DNA of 37,297 bases, from NCBI GenBank assembly GCA_009778255.1, contig WRKD01000230.1, forward strand, positions 1 through 37,297, in the 5' to 3' direction. Each line of letters opens with the position of its first letter. The stretch's first letter is position 1. The stretch comes from Bacillota bacterium (GTDB taxonomy: Bacteria > Bacillota > Dehalobacteriia > UBA4068). This document shows, one piece after another, positions 1 through 7,922 of this stretch. Below the pieces are notes generated by a model. The model had not been told where the DNA came from and searched no databases. It saw only the letters and a list, made by a program, of their open reading frames with translations. Both the position numbers and the translations under genes were made by a program.

Positions 1-326
1 GAGGATTAGAGAGGTGGGTTCCCCATAAGAAGTAAATTGTATACTCCATGCTACTCTTGCCCACCTCGCCTGCGAGGGGGGACGATGCCTGAAGGGCATC
101 AGGGGGGAGTCAATAACGTTGCGAAAACCCATGACAGCGCAGAAAAGAAAGCTTTGGAATCTATTCAAAAAGATTATCCTTAACGCTTTCTTCGTCAAAA
201 CTTTTGCTTTCTAAAACTATATCATTGACACATTCGCCAATTGTGATAAGCGACTTAAAGATGGCATGTTGTAAAACTATTATTGATACAGTATAATCAA
301 ATAAACAATGGTGTATGATAAGATAT

Positions 327-1319
327 TTACTCTGGCGTATATCCCTTGCTGGTATCGATACTAATAGTATTCTTTGCCGCATCCCAGGAAACACCAAAAT
401 CTAAAACCTGACCAAGATCGCGTAGCTTAAAATAATTATTGCCATTAATATTATAGGCAGTAAGCTGCACTTCCTTGCCATCAAGATGAATTTTTGAAGT
501 TGTTTTCGTAGCTTCGCAAATATCTGTACTGCCGCTAATCATTTCCACACCCATTACATTATAAGCTTTATTACTGGTGAGCAAGATGACATTAGCTTTT
601 TCATCCCAGTTTACCCCGAACTGTTTGGCGCTGCCTATTAGGGATTGAGCTATATCTCGCAGCTTAAAATAATTGTTATTTTCAATATTATATGCGTCAA
701 AAGCAATTGTTTTTCCGTTCACTAGCACTTTAGAGGCGCTGGGTAGGGCGGTTTTGGCGCTGGTTGGTAGTGAATTGGCGGCTTCTAATGTGTTTTGAGG
801 CTCGAAAATAAAGGCGGTAGTTATATTTTTATCTAGGCCATTAACAGCTGTTTCATCTATCATATTGTTTTTGGAACAGCTTAGCGCTACTAGCTTGGTA
901 TTTTTACTTATATCTAAAGAGGTCAGCATATTATTGCGGCAATTGAGCGCCCCCAGTTCAAAATTACAGCTAATATCCAGCTCTATTAGCAGATTTTCGG
1001 AACAATCCAGATATTTTAATGCGGTGAAAAACTCTATGCCTTGTAAGCTGGTAATACCTTTATCTGATAAATCAAGCTCTAAAATTTCCAGCATTTCTGC
1101 AGCCGAAAGTAAACTATCTTGATTTTTGTCTATATCTATACCGGCAACGAAGTCGCGAAAAATGGGGTCGGGAAAAGTATCTGCGTTGATGATAATATAG
1201 CTTTCCGGCAAAGTATATTCCGCGGGAGGGGCGCTGTTGCATCCGCTGCTAGTTAAAGCCAGTATAGCAATTAGAATATTTAAAATAAAAAATTTATGGG
1301 GTGTTTTTCTCATATTCAT
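327..1319 (-). CDS. Lipoprotein with leucine-rich repeats and two copper-amine-oxidase-N-terminal-like (stalk) domains
   Basis: From ORF 327..1349. It has a signal peptide with a lipobox-like ILALTSSGC, then an LRR run (LEILELDLSDKGITSLQGIEFFTALKYLDCSENLLIELDISCN...). The duplicated C-terminal motif NNYFKLRD(I/L)...GV(N/S)WD is typical of Cu_amine_oxidN1-type domains. Start placed at the internal ATG (MNMRKTPHKFF) and is uncertain. Confidence 0.75.
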   Translation of the reverse strand: MNMRKTPHKFFILNILIAILALTSSGCNSAPPAEYTLPESYIIINADTFPDPIFRDFVAGIDIDKNQDSLLSAAEMLEILELDLSDKGITSLQGIEFFTALKYLDCSENLLIELDISCNFELGALNCRNNMLTSLDISKNTKLVALSCSKNNMIDETAVNGLDKNITTAFIFEPQNTLEAANSLPTSAKTALPSASKVLVNGKTIAFDAYNIENNNYFKLRDIAQSLIGSAKQFGVNWDEKANVILLTSNKAYNVMGVEMISGSTDICEATKTTSKIHLDGKEVQLTAYNINGNNYFKLRDLGQVLDFGVSWDAAKNTISIDTSKGYTPE

Positions 1320-1478
1320 AATACCTGTGTATAAATTTTTTCGTGGCAAATACAGTTTTAAGAATAGCGAGCTTATTCGGAGTAAATTGAGGCACCCTTA
1401 ATAATGATTATAAGGCAAAAGCGGTTTTTCTGTCAATGTCTTATCCAGTTGGGATTATTTTAAAAAGGATTGGTTTTT

Positions 1479-1943
1479 ATGCGTTATTATGTTATGGAAT
1501 CGCCAGAAAATGCATCACTGCCTACTATACCTAAGGGTGAAAGCGCACAAGTTGTGATGGCGCATGATTTGTATAAGTATTACGATATCGATTATGATGC
1601 GCGAAATGAGCTCATAAGCGATAGGTTCAAGCTTTTGCTGGAACGGTTTTTACTAAAATATGATTTTAAACCAGTTGTTTATTTAGATAGGGATAAAGAG
1701 GAACAACTTGTTTTTTGGAGATTTATGCCGCCCTTATATAATGATTATCAGGCTGTTTACAGAAATGATGGTTTGTTGTATTCTATTGCTTTTGTAAATA
1801 ATGATGCGCCGATAGTTTTCTCGGCGCGTTCGCCTAAAGGAGTACGCTCGATAGCGGTGAGAATGGCGGTGGCGGAAAGCGCTTTGCGCCGCGCTATATT
1901 GGGAGTAAAATTCACAAAAATATTGGAATTAGCAGAGGTATAA
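1479..1943 (+). CDS. Hypothetical protein (no family recognised)
   Basis: From ORF 1470..1943. The ATG at 1479 lies 9 nt after AAAAGGA. It sits 7 nt upstream of the DnaJ-like gene on the same strand. I recognise no motif. Confidence 0.5.
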   Translation: MRYYVMESPENASLPTIPKGESAQVVMAHDLYKYYDIDYDARNELISDRFKLLLERFLLKYDFKPVVYLDRDKEEQLVFWRFMPPLYNDYQAVYRNDGLLYSIAFVNNDAPIVFSARSPKGVRSIAVRMAVAESALRRAILGVKFTKILELAEV

Positions 1944-1950
1944 CATTAAC

Positions 1951-2751
1951 ATGGGTAATTTAGATAACTACTACGAAATCCTTGGAATAAAAAAAGACGC
2001 CAAGGAAGCGGAGGTAAAATCGGCATATCGCAAATTAGTTAAACAATACCATCCGGACGCCAACCCCGATAATACCGAAGCTGAAGAAAAAATTAAAGAA
2101 ATAAATGAAGCTTTTGCTGTACTCTCTGATGCGCAAAAAAGAGCGGAGTACGATAAGCAGGGTCATTTTGCTTATCAGCAGGATAAAAGCAGTGGACCGA
2201 TCTTTGGTGGTTTTGGCGGCGGTGATATCAATTTTGCCAATTATTTTGGCGGTACTTTTGGCGATATCTTTGGTGAGGGCAGGTCAAAAAGCGATCCCAA
2301 ACGTGGGCGAGATACAACTGTCTCTATACATATATTGGCTAATGAAGCTGCTTTAGGCGTAGATAAAGAGGTAAGCTTCGATTTCGCTGAAATATGCACT
2401 TCTTGCAGCGGCAACGGCTTAAAACCGGGAACAAAAGCAGATATTTGCCCACATTGTCATGGCTCGGGGCAAGAGCGTGTAATAACTCAGAATGCTTTTG
2501 GAAAAATGACGCAAACACGAGAATGCCCTGCTTGTCGTGGCAGAGGTAAAAGTGCCAGCGAAACTTGCCCGAAATGCTTCGGTAAAGGTTCTATGAAGAT
2601 GCGTAAGAAAATTATGGTAAAAATACCTAAAGGAATAAAAAATGAGCAAGCTATTTCCATAAAAGGAATGGGAGAACCGGGTAAGCAAGGCGGAGAACGC
2701 GGCAATTTGCTTATTAAAGTTTTTATCCGCCCCAAACATGGCTATTATTAA
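1951..2751 (+). CDS. DnaJ-like protein: J domain, G/F-rich linker and CxxCxGxG zinc finger, with a short C-terminus
   Basis: J domain with HPD (YYEILGIKKDA...YRKLVKQYHPDANPD). G/F region (GGFGGGDINFANYFGGTFGDIFG). Four Cys pairs (CTSCSGNG, CPHCHGSG, CPACRGRG, CPKCFGKG). At 266 aa it is shorter than canonical DnaJ. Confidence 0.85.
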   Translation: MGNLDNYYEILGIKKDAKEAEVKSAYRKLVKQYHPDANPDNTEAEEKIKEINEAFAVLSDAQKRAEYDKQGHFAYQQDKSSGPIFGGFGGGDINFANYFGGTFGDIFGEGRSKSDPKRGRDTTVSIHILANEAALGVDKEVSFDFAEICTSCSGNGLKPGTKADICPHCHGSGQERVITQNAFGKMTQTRECPACRGRGKSASETCPKCFGKGSMKMRKKIMVKIPKGIKNEQAISIKGMGEPGKQGGERGNLLIKVFIRPKHGYY

Positions 2752-2767
2752 GGAAGGGGGATTGTCG

Positions 2768-3526
2768 ATGTGCCCGGATGATAAAAGGAAAGAGCTTTAT
2801 AACCGCCAGATTATTATGAAAGAAATAGGCGAAGAGGGACAGCAAAAGCTGGCGAAAGCCTCTGTATTAGTAGTTGGCTGCGGCGGTTTGGGCGCGCCGG
2901 CTCTTTATTATTTAGCTGCTATGGGAATTGGACATTTGGGGCTATGTGATGGAGATGTGGTTTCTATTTCTAACCTTAATCGGCAGTTGCTGTATACTAT
3001 GGATGATATTGGTAAACCAAAAGTTACTGCAGCGCATAAGCGTTTGCTGGCTTTAAATCCATATTTAGAAACTACGTTATATGAGAAATTTCTTAGTAAG
3101 AACTTAGCCGAAAGTATTTTGCCAAACTACGATATTGCTCTGGATTGCTTGGATAATTTTGCCGGCCGTTTTGTGCTTAATGATGCCTGTGTTACTTTGG
3201 GCATTCCATTCGTACATGCAGGGGTAGGAGGGTTTGGGGGGCAGTTATTAACGGTTACTCCTGGTATTAGTCCTTGCTTACGCTGCCTTTTTCCGCAAGG
3301 GGAATATAAAAAAGAGCCGTCGCAACCTGAAGGTGTTATTGGCGCTACCCCAGGTGTTTTAGGCTCTATGCAAGCATTGGAAGTGCTAAAGTATTTACTG
3401 GGCTTGCCACTAAGTAACGACGGTTTTGTGGTTTACGATGGCATAAGCATGAGTTTTGATAAGGTGAAACTAATGGCATCGCCTCAATGCTTTTGCCAAA
3501 AAAGTAATAATCAACTGCTACAATAA
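2768..3526 (+). CDS. ThiF/MoeB/HesA-family E1-like adenylyltransferase
   Basis: Motifs YNRQI..., VLVVGCGGLGAPALYYLAAMGIGHLGLCDGDVVSISNLNRQ (Rossmann fold), and Cys pairs CLRC and CFC. Start moved to the ATG at 2768, 7 nt after AGGAAGGGGG; the tracked start at 2738 overlaps the dnaJ-like gene end. Confidence 0.85.
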   Translation: MCPDDKRKELYNRQIIMKEIGEEGQQKLAKASVLVVGCGGLGAPALYYLAAMGIGHLGLCDGDVVSISNLNRQLLYTMDDIGKPKVTAAHKRLLALNPYLETTLYEKFLSKNLAESILPNYDIALDCLDNFAGRFVLNDACVTLGIPFVHAGVGGFGGQLLTVTPGISPCLRCLFPQGEYKKEPSQPEGVIGATPGVLGSMQALEVLKYLLGLPLSNDGFVVYDGISMSFDKVKLMASPQCFCQKSNNQLLQ

Positions 3527-5458
3527 ACTAAAACTATTTAATGGGTAGAAACGCAATATAGCCTTGCCATAAATATTATCAATAGTTACCGCGCCAATAT
3601 TTTTTGATCTGCTATCGCGGCTGGCAAAACGATTATCACCCATTACAAAGTAGTATCCATCCGGTAAAACTATACTAATATCTCCATCAGTATAGATATT
3701 ATCTAAATATTCTTCCTCTAAAAGCCTTCCATTAATGAACACCAAACCGTCTGTTATGGCAATATGCTCATTGGGTAAGCCGATAATCCTTTTTATCAGC
3801 TGAGAAGACCTATCGGGAACATCGAGCATTATTATATCGTAACGCTGCGGGGCATTGATTTTTACGGAAATTTTGCTAATCAATAATATATCAGCGTTGT
3901 CGAGAGTGGGGTTCATGGAATTGCCATTCACCTGCGCCACATCGATTATAAATAGACGCAGGCAAATAGCTGCCACCATGGTTATTATCAACACTCTTAA
4001 ATAAAGAAATACTTGGGAATTGTTAGTTTTTGCTTCGGCCTTAAGCTTTTTGGCGGCTTTTCTTTTTTTAGTTTCCAGTCTTTTGTTTTCTTTGATTTTT
4101 TTAGTTGGTTTAGGCTCATGTGTTACTGTGCCTTGCGACTGCGAAAGCTCATTTTGTGTCAGCTGATCAAGATTAGCAATAGGCTCTTTTGGTAATGGTA
4201 CCGCATTTGGAAGGTCGGATATTTGATGCGGCAAAGGAGAAACAGGAGGAATAGTTGGTGGCAGATTTGGTAACGATTGAATAGTGGCAAAGGCAGAAGG
4301 CTGAAGTGGCAGTGGCGGAACATCTGCCGGAAGTGGCGGCGTTTTGGGCAAAGGCGAAACATCTGCCGGAAGTGGCGGCGTTTTGGGCAAAGGCGGAACA
4401 TCTGCCGGAAGTGGCGGCGTTTTGGGCAAAGGCGAAGCCTCTTCCGCAAGCGGCGGGGTATTTGGCTTTTGGGCAACAACAGGCATAGCTGTTGAAAGAT
4501 CTGGTGGCGGTTCGCTATAGGGTGTAGACGGCACTATACTATAATTTGCTGCGGCGTTACTAGGCTCTGCCTGTGCCTGCGCCTGCGCCTGCGCAAAAGC
4601 TGTTGAAATAGGTGTAGCAATTTCTTGATTAAGCAATTGCGACGAAGATTCCATTAGCCTATCGAGCTGCCCCTTCATTTGCAAATACTCATTTTTGGCA
4701 GAAAACGCCCATTGTTGAGCCAATTGATAGTTTTGATGATACTGATGTATTTGAGCTTGACCAAGATCGTAGGCACGTTTAGCTTTGGCTAAAGCATCTT
4801 GTATGCTTAAAACACGGAATCTTTTGTCTTCAGCTTCCAAGCCGGCTTGTTCTGCCTGCTTACGAGCTATATCTGCCTCTTCTTTTGCCAAAAGAAATTC
4901 TTTTTGAGCTAAACGATCCCATTCCTGTTCCAGCTCATAAGTTCTGTAAGACTGAGGAATCTGATTTTTTGCTTGGGCATATTCATTTGGGGTATCTAAG
5001 GCGTAAACTTGTTTTTCAAAGTATTCCAAACTGGCTTTTTCAGCTTTTTCGTGAGCTAAAGTAGCTTCTTCTTGCGCTTGGCTCATATCTGAATTAAGTT
5101 GAAGAATTTCTTGAGAAAGCAGTGTTAATAAATCATTCGATTTATCAAGACAATCCAAACTTTTTGTAACCGCTAAAGCATGATTTTGCAGAGTAGACAG
5201 TTGGTTTTGTACAGCTGTTTCTATTTCTGAATAATCTTTAATTCCTGCTACCGTAACATTGATTATTTTTTCGCGAGCAGAAATATTGGCTGCTTTAATG
5301 GTCTGAATAGCTAATGAAGTTTGTTTCTCTGTTTCTTCCGCCAATTGCAGTAAGCTTTGAACAGTAGCTTTCTCCGCTGCTTTCCCATCGATTTTGTTCA
5401 ATGCCGATAAACCAGGCAGGTCATTTAACGCTGTTCTTGTAAAATAAATGTTTCTCAT
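3518..5458 (-). CDS. lepB: Signal peptidase I with about 470-aa N-terminal coiled-coil / proline-rich / lysine-rich extension
   Basis: The C-terminal ~170 aa carry SPase I boxes (VNGNSMNPTL, LIKRIIGLPNE, VMGDNRFASRDSR) after one TM segment (VFLYLRVLIITMVAAICLRLFII). The N-terminal part is heptad-like and Q/E/A/K-rich. It is followed by 3x PLPKTPPLPADV(P/S) and a K-rich stretch. GGAGGA lies 10 nt upstream of the ATG at 5458. Confidence 0.85.
   Translation of the reverse strand: MRNIYFTRTALNDLPGLSALNKIDGKAAEKATVQSLLQLAEETEKQTSLAIQTIKAANISAREKIINVTVAGIKDYSEIETAVQNQLSTLQNHALAVTKSLDCLDKSNDLLTLLSQEILQLNSDMSQAQEEATLAHEKAEKASLEYFEKQVYALDTPNEYAQAKNQIPQSYRTYELEQEWDRLAQKEFLLAKEEADIARKQAEQAGLEAEDKRFRVLSIQDALAKAKRAYDLGQAQIHQYHQNYQLAQQWAFSAKNEYLQMKGQLDRLMESSSQLLNQEIATPISTAFAQAQAQAQAEPSNAAANYSIVPSTPYSEPPPDLSTAMPVVAQKPNTPPLAEEASPLPKTPPLPADVPPLPKTPPLPADVSPLPKTPPLPADVPPLPLQPSAFATIQSLPNLPPTIPPVSPLPHQISDLPNAVPLPKEPIANLDQLTQNELSQSQGTVTHEPKPTKKIKENKRLETKKRKAAKKLKAEAKTNNSQVFLYLRVLIITMVAAICLRLFIIDVAQVNGNSMNPTLDNADILLISKISVKINAPQRYDIIMLDVPDRSSQLIKRIIGLPNEHIAITDGLVFINGRLLEEEYLDNIYTDGDISIVLPDGYYFVMGDNRFASRDSRSKNIGAVTIDNIYGKAILRFYPLNSFSLL
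4319..4435. repeat. Three tandem 39-bp repeats inside the SPase I gene, encoding the proline-rich unit
   Basis: The unit aacatctgccggaagtggcggcgttttgggcaaaggcg(a/g) occurs at 4319-4357, 4358-4396 and 4397-4435 with differences only at the last base. It encodes PLPKTPPLPADV(P/S) on the minus strand. Confidence 0.95.
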
Positions 5459-5506
5459 TATTCAAGCATCCTCCAGTTTAAACTAAGTTTTTAAACTTTT
5501 CTTAGT

Positions 5507-6637
5507 TTATAGCATTTTAAAACTATTAAAAGGATAAAATCGGAGTATGGCTTTACCATTTATGTGTTCTTTTGCTATGCTGTTGATGGTATCGGCGCGG
5601 CTATCTAGGCTAGCTGGGCGGTTATCGCCCATAACAAAATAAGAATCTGCCGGTATTATGGTATCGATATTTCCGGTAGTGTAAATATTATCGAGAAACT
5701 CTTCATCTAACAATTCTCCGTTAATATAAACCGACCCGTCCATAATCATAATCTGTTCATTGGGCAAACCAATGATGCGTTTAATAAAATAACCGGATTG
5801 ATCTGGCGCATCTAATAGTATTATATCGAAACGCTGAGGGTCATGTAGCCTATAAGCAATTTTGCTGCTTATTAAGCTATCCATTGGCTGTATGGTAGGG
5901 GTCATGGATATACCGCTTACCTGAACAACATCAAATACCAAAAGGCGTAAGCATACGAGGAGTACTAAAGCTACTAATGGCATGGTAAAATACTGCCAGG
6001 TGTGGCTATCTTTTTTAATTTCCAGCTTAGCCGGTGTAGCAGTTTTAATGGTTGAAACAGCTTGCTCTATAGGACCAAAACCTGATGCTGACAGTTGCGG
6101 TTTCGCCATATTAGGCGGTTCTGCAGTAGCTAAAATACCTGTTATTTGGTTTCTTGGTAAGCCAGTGTTGCCGGTTGCCGTATATTTTACAGTTTCCGGT
6201 GGTAACTCGGGATGTACGGGTGATGTAACTTGATGCGGCTGTGGTGGTAAAGGCTGTTCAGTAGGCAGGGAATGATATATTGAATGAAGTATCTCATTTT
6301 CCTGTGCATTAGGTTGTATTTGGGAAGTGCTTTGCCGCAGCAATTGTAATTCATCTACATGGCTTTTTAGCTGTTGATATTCTTGTTCTGCCTGTTTAGC
6401 ACGCTGTTGCGCTATTTCCATGTCATTTCGGCATTTAAGTAGTTGAATTTCATGTAATTCATGATCAGTAATTAGGTCTGTTGATATACTATGATTACCT
6501 AAAAGCTTTTTTACTAAATTATTGGCGGCATTAGCTGTTTCAGCAGCAATTGAAGCATGCTTTTCTGCTTTCTCTACTAAATAGAGAAAGCTTTGCATAA
6601 TGATATCTTGATTATTGTCTTTTAACAATGGATACAC
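5507..6637 (-). CDS. lepB: Signal peptidase I paralogue with about 200-aa N-terminal coiled-coil / proline-rich extension
   Basis: SPase I boxes (VSGISMTPTI, FIKRIIGLPNE, VMGDNRPASLDSR) follow a TM segment (MPLVALVLLVCLRLLVF). Its N-terminal motif LYLVEKAEKHASIAAETANAAN resembles LQLAEETEKQTSLAIQTIKAAN of the neighbouring paralogue. The exact start is uncertain: GTG at 6637 or TTG at 6628 after GAGGGTG. Confidence 0.8.
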   Translation of the reverse strand: MYPLLKDNNQDIIMQSFLYLVEKAEKHASIAAETANAANNLVKKLLGNHSISTDLITDHELHEIQLLKCRNDMEIAQQRAKQAEQEYQQLKSHVDELQLLRQSTSQIQPNAQENEILHSIYHSLPTEQPLPPQPHQVTSPVHPELPPETVKYTATGNTGLPRNQITGILATAEPPNMAKPQLSASGFGPIEQAVSTIKTATPAKLEIKKDSHTWQYFTMPLVALVLLVCLRLLVFDVVQVSGISMTPTIQPMDSLISSKIAYRLHDPQRFDIILLDAPDQSGYFIKRIIGLPNEQIMIMDGSVYINGELLDEEFLDNIYTTGNIDTIIPADSYFVMGDNRPASLDSRADTINSIAKEHINGKAILRFYPFNSFKML

Positions 6638-6795
6638 CCTCTACATTTTGACCACTGAATACCGGATACTGACTATCAAAGCAGCCTTAGTATTAATATA
6701 CCATATAATAATGTACTGGGCAAGAGCAAAATTAGTCTGCCCATATTTGCAATTTTCTGCTGGGAGTTGCTTGTATTTTTGTAAAAAATTTGTAC

Positions 6796-6824
6796 TTGAT
6801 TTGTAAATACCAATGTGTTATAAT
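6796..6824 (+). promoter_or_regulatory. Sigma-A-type promoter with extended -10 (TTGATT-17-TGtTATAAT)
   Basis: -35 TTGATT at 6796-6801, a 17-nt spacer ending in TGt, and -10 TATAAT at 6819-6824. It lies upstream of the GTG start at 6853. Confidence 0.6.
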
Positions 6825-6852
6825 GCGAATAATAGTTTTAAGGGGCGATGCT

Positions 6853-7104
6853 GTGAAGATAGAGATACGAGGAGCAGAAAAACTAAGCTTTAGGGAAAAA
6901 CAAGTAGTAACGCTTAAAGAAAGTGGTTATTCCGCTAAGAGTATCGCCAATACACTGGCCCTGGCCGAAAGTACGATTGCTACACTTTATAATCGTGCTC
7001 GTGCTAAAGGCTATGAAAGTGTTATCGTAATACCCGGCTCGGTACTAAAGCTATTTGATTTAGAGGAGGAAGATTCTCTTGGAGACAATGCGGGAGAAGA
7101 GTAA
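6853..7104 (+). CDS. Small LuxR/GerE-type (sigma-70 region-4-like) HTH protein
   Basis: LSFREKQVVTLKESGYSAKSIANTLALAESTIATLYNRARAKG is a LuxR/GerE-type HTH. The GTG at 6853 lies 8 nt after AAGGGG. The tracked upstream ATG codons fall inside the predicted promoter. Confidence 0.65.
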   Translation: MKIEIRGAEKLSFREKQVVTLKESGYSAKSIANTLALAESTIATLYNRARAKGYESVIVIPGSVLKLFDLEEEDSLGDNAGEE

Positions 7105-7423
7105 AAAACGTTTTTGCTGGTCTAGATTACTGGTTATTTGCGCGGTTTGTTTTCTGATGCTTAAACTTGGCTCGCAGTATCATCGTTATCAGGCGATACA
7201 AGATGAAGTTGAAGAGTATCAACAGAAGTTAACAGAAGCCCAAGATGAATACCGGCGTCAGCAAGAGCATTTAAAATTATATTATAGTGATTCTTATTTG
7301 GAGCAAATAGCACGAGGCAGTTTAGGTATGGTAAAATTAGGAGAAATCGTAGTTTCTCCGGCAGAAATAAGCGATGTACGTGAATTGGATGAAAAAATAA
7401 AAGATAAAGATGTGACCCATTAA
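7079..7423 (+). CDS. Septum formation initiator family protein (FtsB/DivIC-like)
   Basis: Short cytoplasmic tail, one TM segment (LLVICAVCFLML), a coiled coil (QDEVEEYQQKLTEAQDEYRRQQEHLK), then YLEQIARGSLGMVKLGE, typical of DivIC/FtsB. The start is TTG 7079 (8 nt after GAGGAGGA) or ATG 7088. Confidence 0.75.
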   Translation: METMREKSKKRFCWSRLLVICAVCFLMLKLGSQYHRYQAIQDEVEEYQQKLTEAQDEYRRQQEHLKLYYSDSYLEQIARGSLGMVKLGEIVVSPAEISDVRELDEKIKDKDVTH

Positions 7424-7462
7424 GTTGTTTAAGTAAAACTCCTGTTACATATTATTTTCGTA

Positions 7463-7491
7463 TTGACAACATTCCCTAAAAATATTATAAT
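7463..7491 (+). promoter_or_regulatory. Consensus sigma-A promoter (TTGACA-17-TATAAT)
   Basis: TTGACA at 7463-7468, a 17-nt spacer and TATAAT at 7486-7491, about 40 nt upstream of the S1-domain gene. Confidence 0.7.
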
Positions 7492-7531
7492 TATACCAAA
7501 ACTCAGAAGTTTTTAGGGGGATTTTGCTTTT

Positions 7532-7906
7532 ATGCCGATAACTGTAGGTAGCGTCGTAGAAGGGCGTGTTACCGGTATAAGTAAATTTGGCGCATTTGTT
7601 GAACTACCAGACGGCCGCGTAGGCTTAGTTCATATTTCTGAGGTAGCAGATGTTTTTGTGCGCGACATTAAAGATTACTTATCTGAAAAAGATATGGTGA
7701 TGGTTAAGGTTATAGATATAGCAGGCGTTGGCAAAATTGGCCTTTCTATTAAGCAAGCGGCGTCTGCTTTGCCGCCACCGCAGTATTTTGAAGCGACTCA
7801 TTTGAAAGAAGAGAATTTTGAAGATAAACTTGTGCGTTTTATGAAAGAAAGCAATGAAAAGCTGGTTACCTTGAAAAGGCATCAAGATAATCGTAAAGGA
7901 AGATAG
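7532..7906 (+). CDS. S1 RNA-binding domain protein (YabR / general-stress-protein-13-like)
   Basis: S1 fold signature VGSVVEGRVTGISKFGAFVELPDGRVGLVHISEVADVFVRDIKDYL...V KVIDI. The position after a divIC-like gene matches the B. subtilis divIC-yabR order. Confidence 0.85.
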   Translation: MPITVGSVVEGRVTGISKFGAFVELPDGRVGLVHISEVADVFVRDIKDYLSEKDMVMVKVIDIAGVGKIGLSIKQAASALPPPQYFEATHLKEENFEDKLVRFMKESNEKLVTLKRHQDNRKGR

Positions 7907-7922
7907 GAGTACAAATTTAACT

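Noticed and set aside
161-397. 78-aa minus-strand ORF, plus a consensus-like plus-strand promoter (TTGTAA-17-TATAAT at 269-297) facing into the 3' end of the LRR gene
   Set aside because: The ORF overlaps the 3' end of the well-supported LRR lipoprotein gene and has no motifs. The promoter-like hexamers lie in AT-rich sequence with no downstream plus-strand gene, so a chance match is the simplest explanation. An antisense RNA cannot be excluded.
4013-4495. Several ORFs on both strands within the SPase I gene (for example 4159..4479, 4277..4495, 4306..4488) with striking internal repeats
   Set aside because: Their repetitiveness is just the 39-bp tandem repeat read in other frames. The SPase I frame is continuous and carries the functional motifs.
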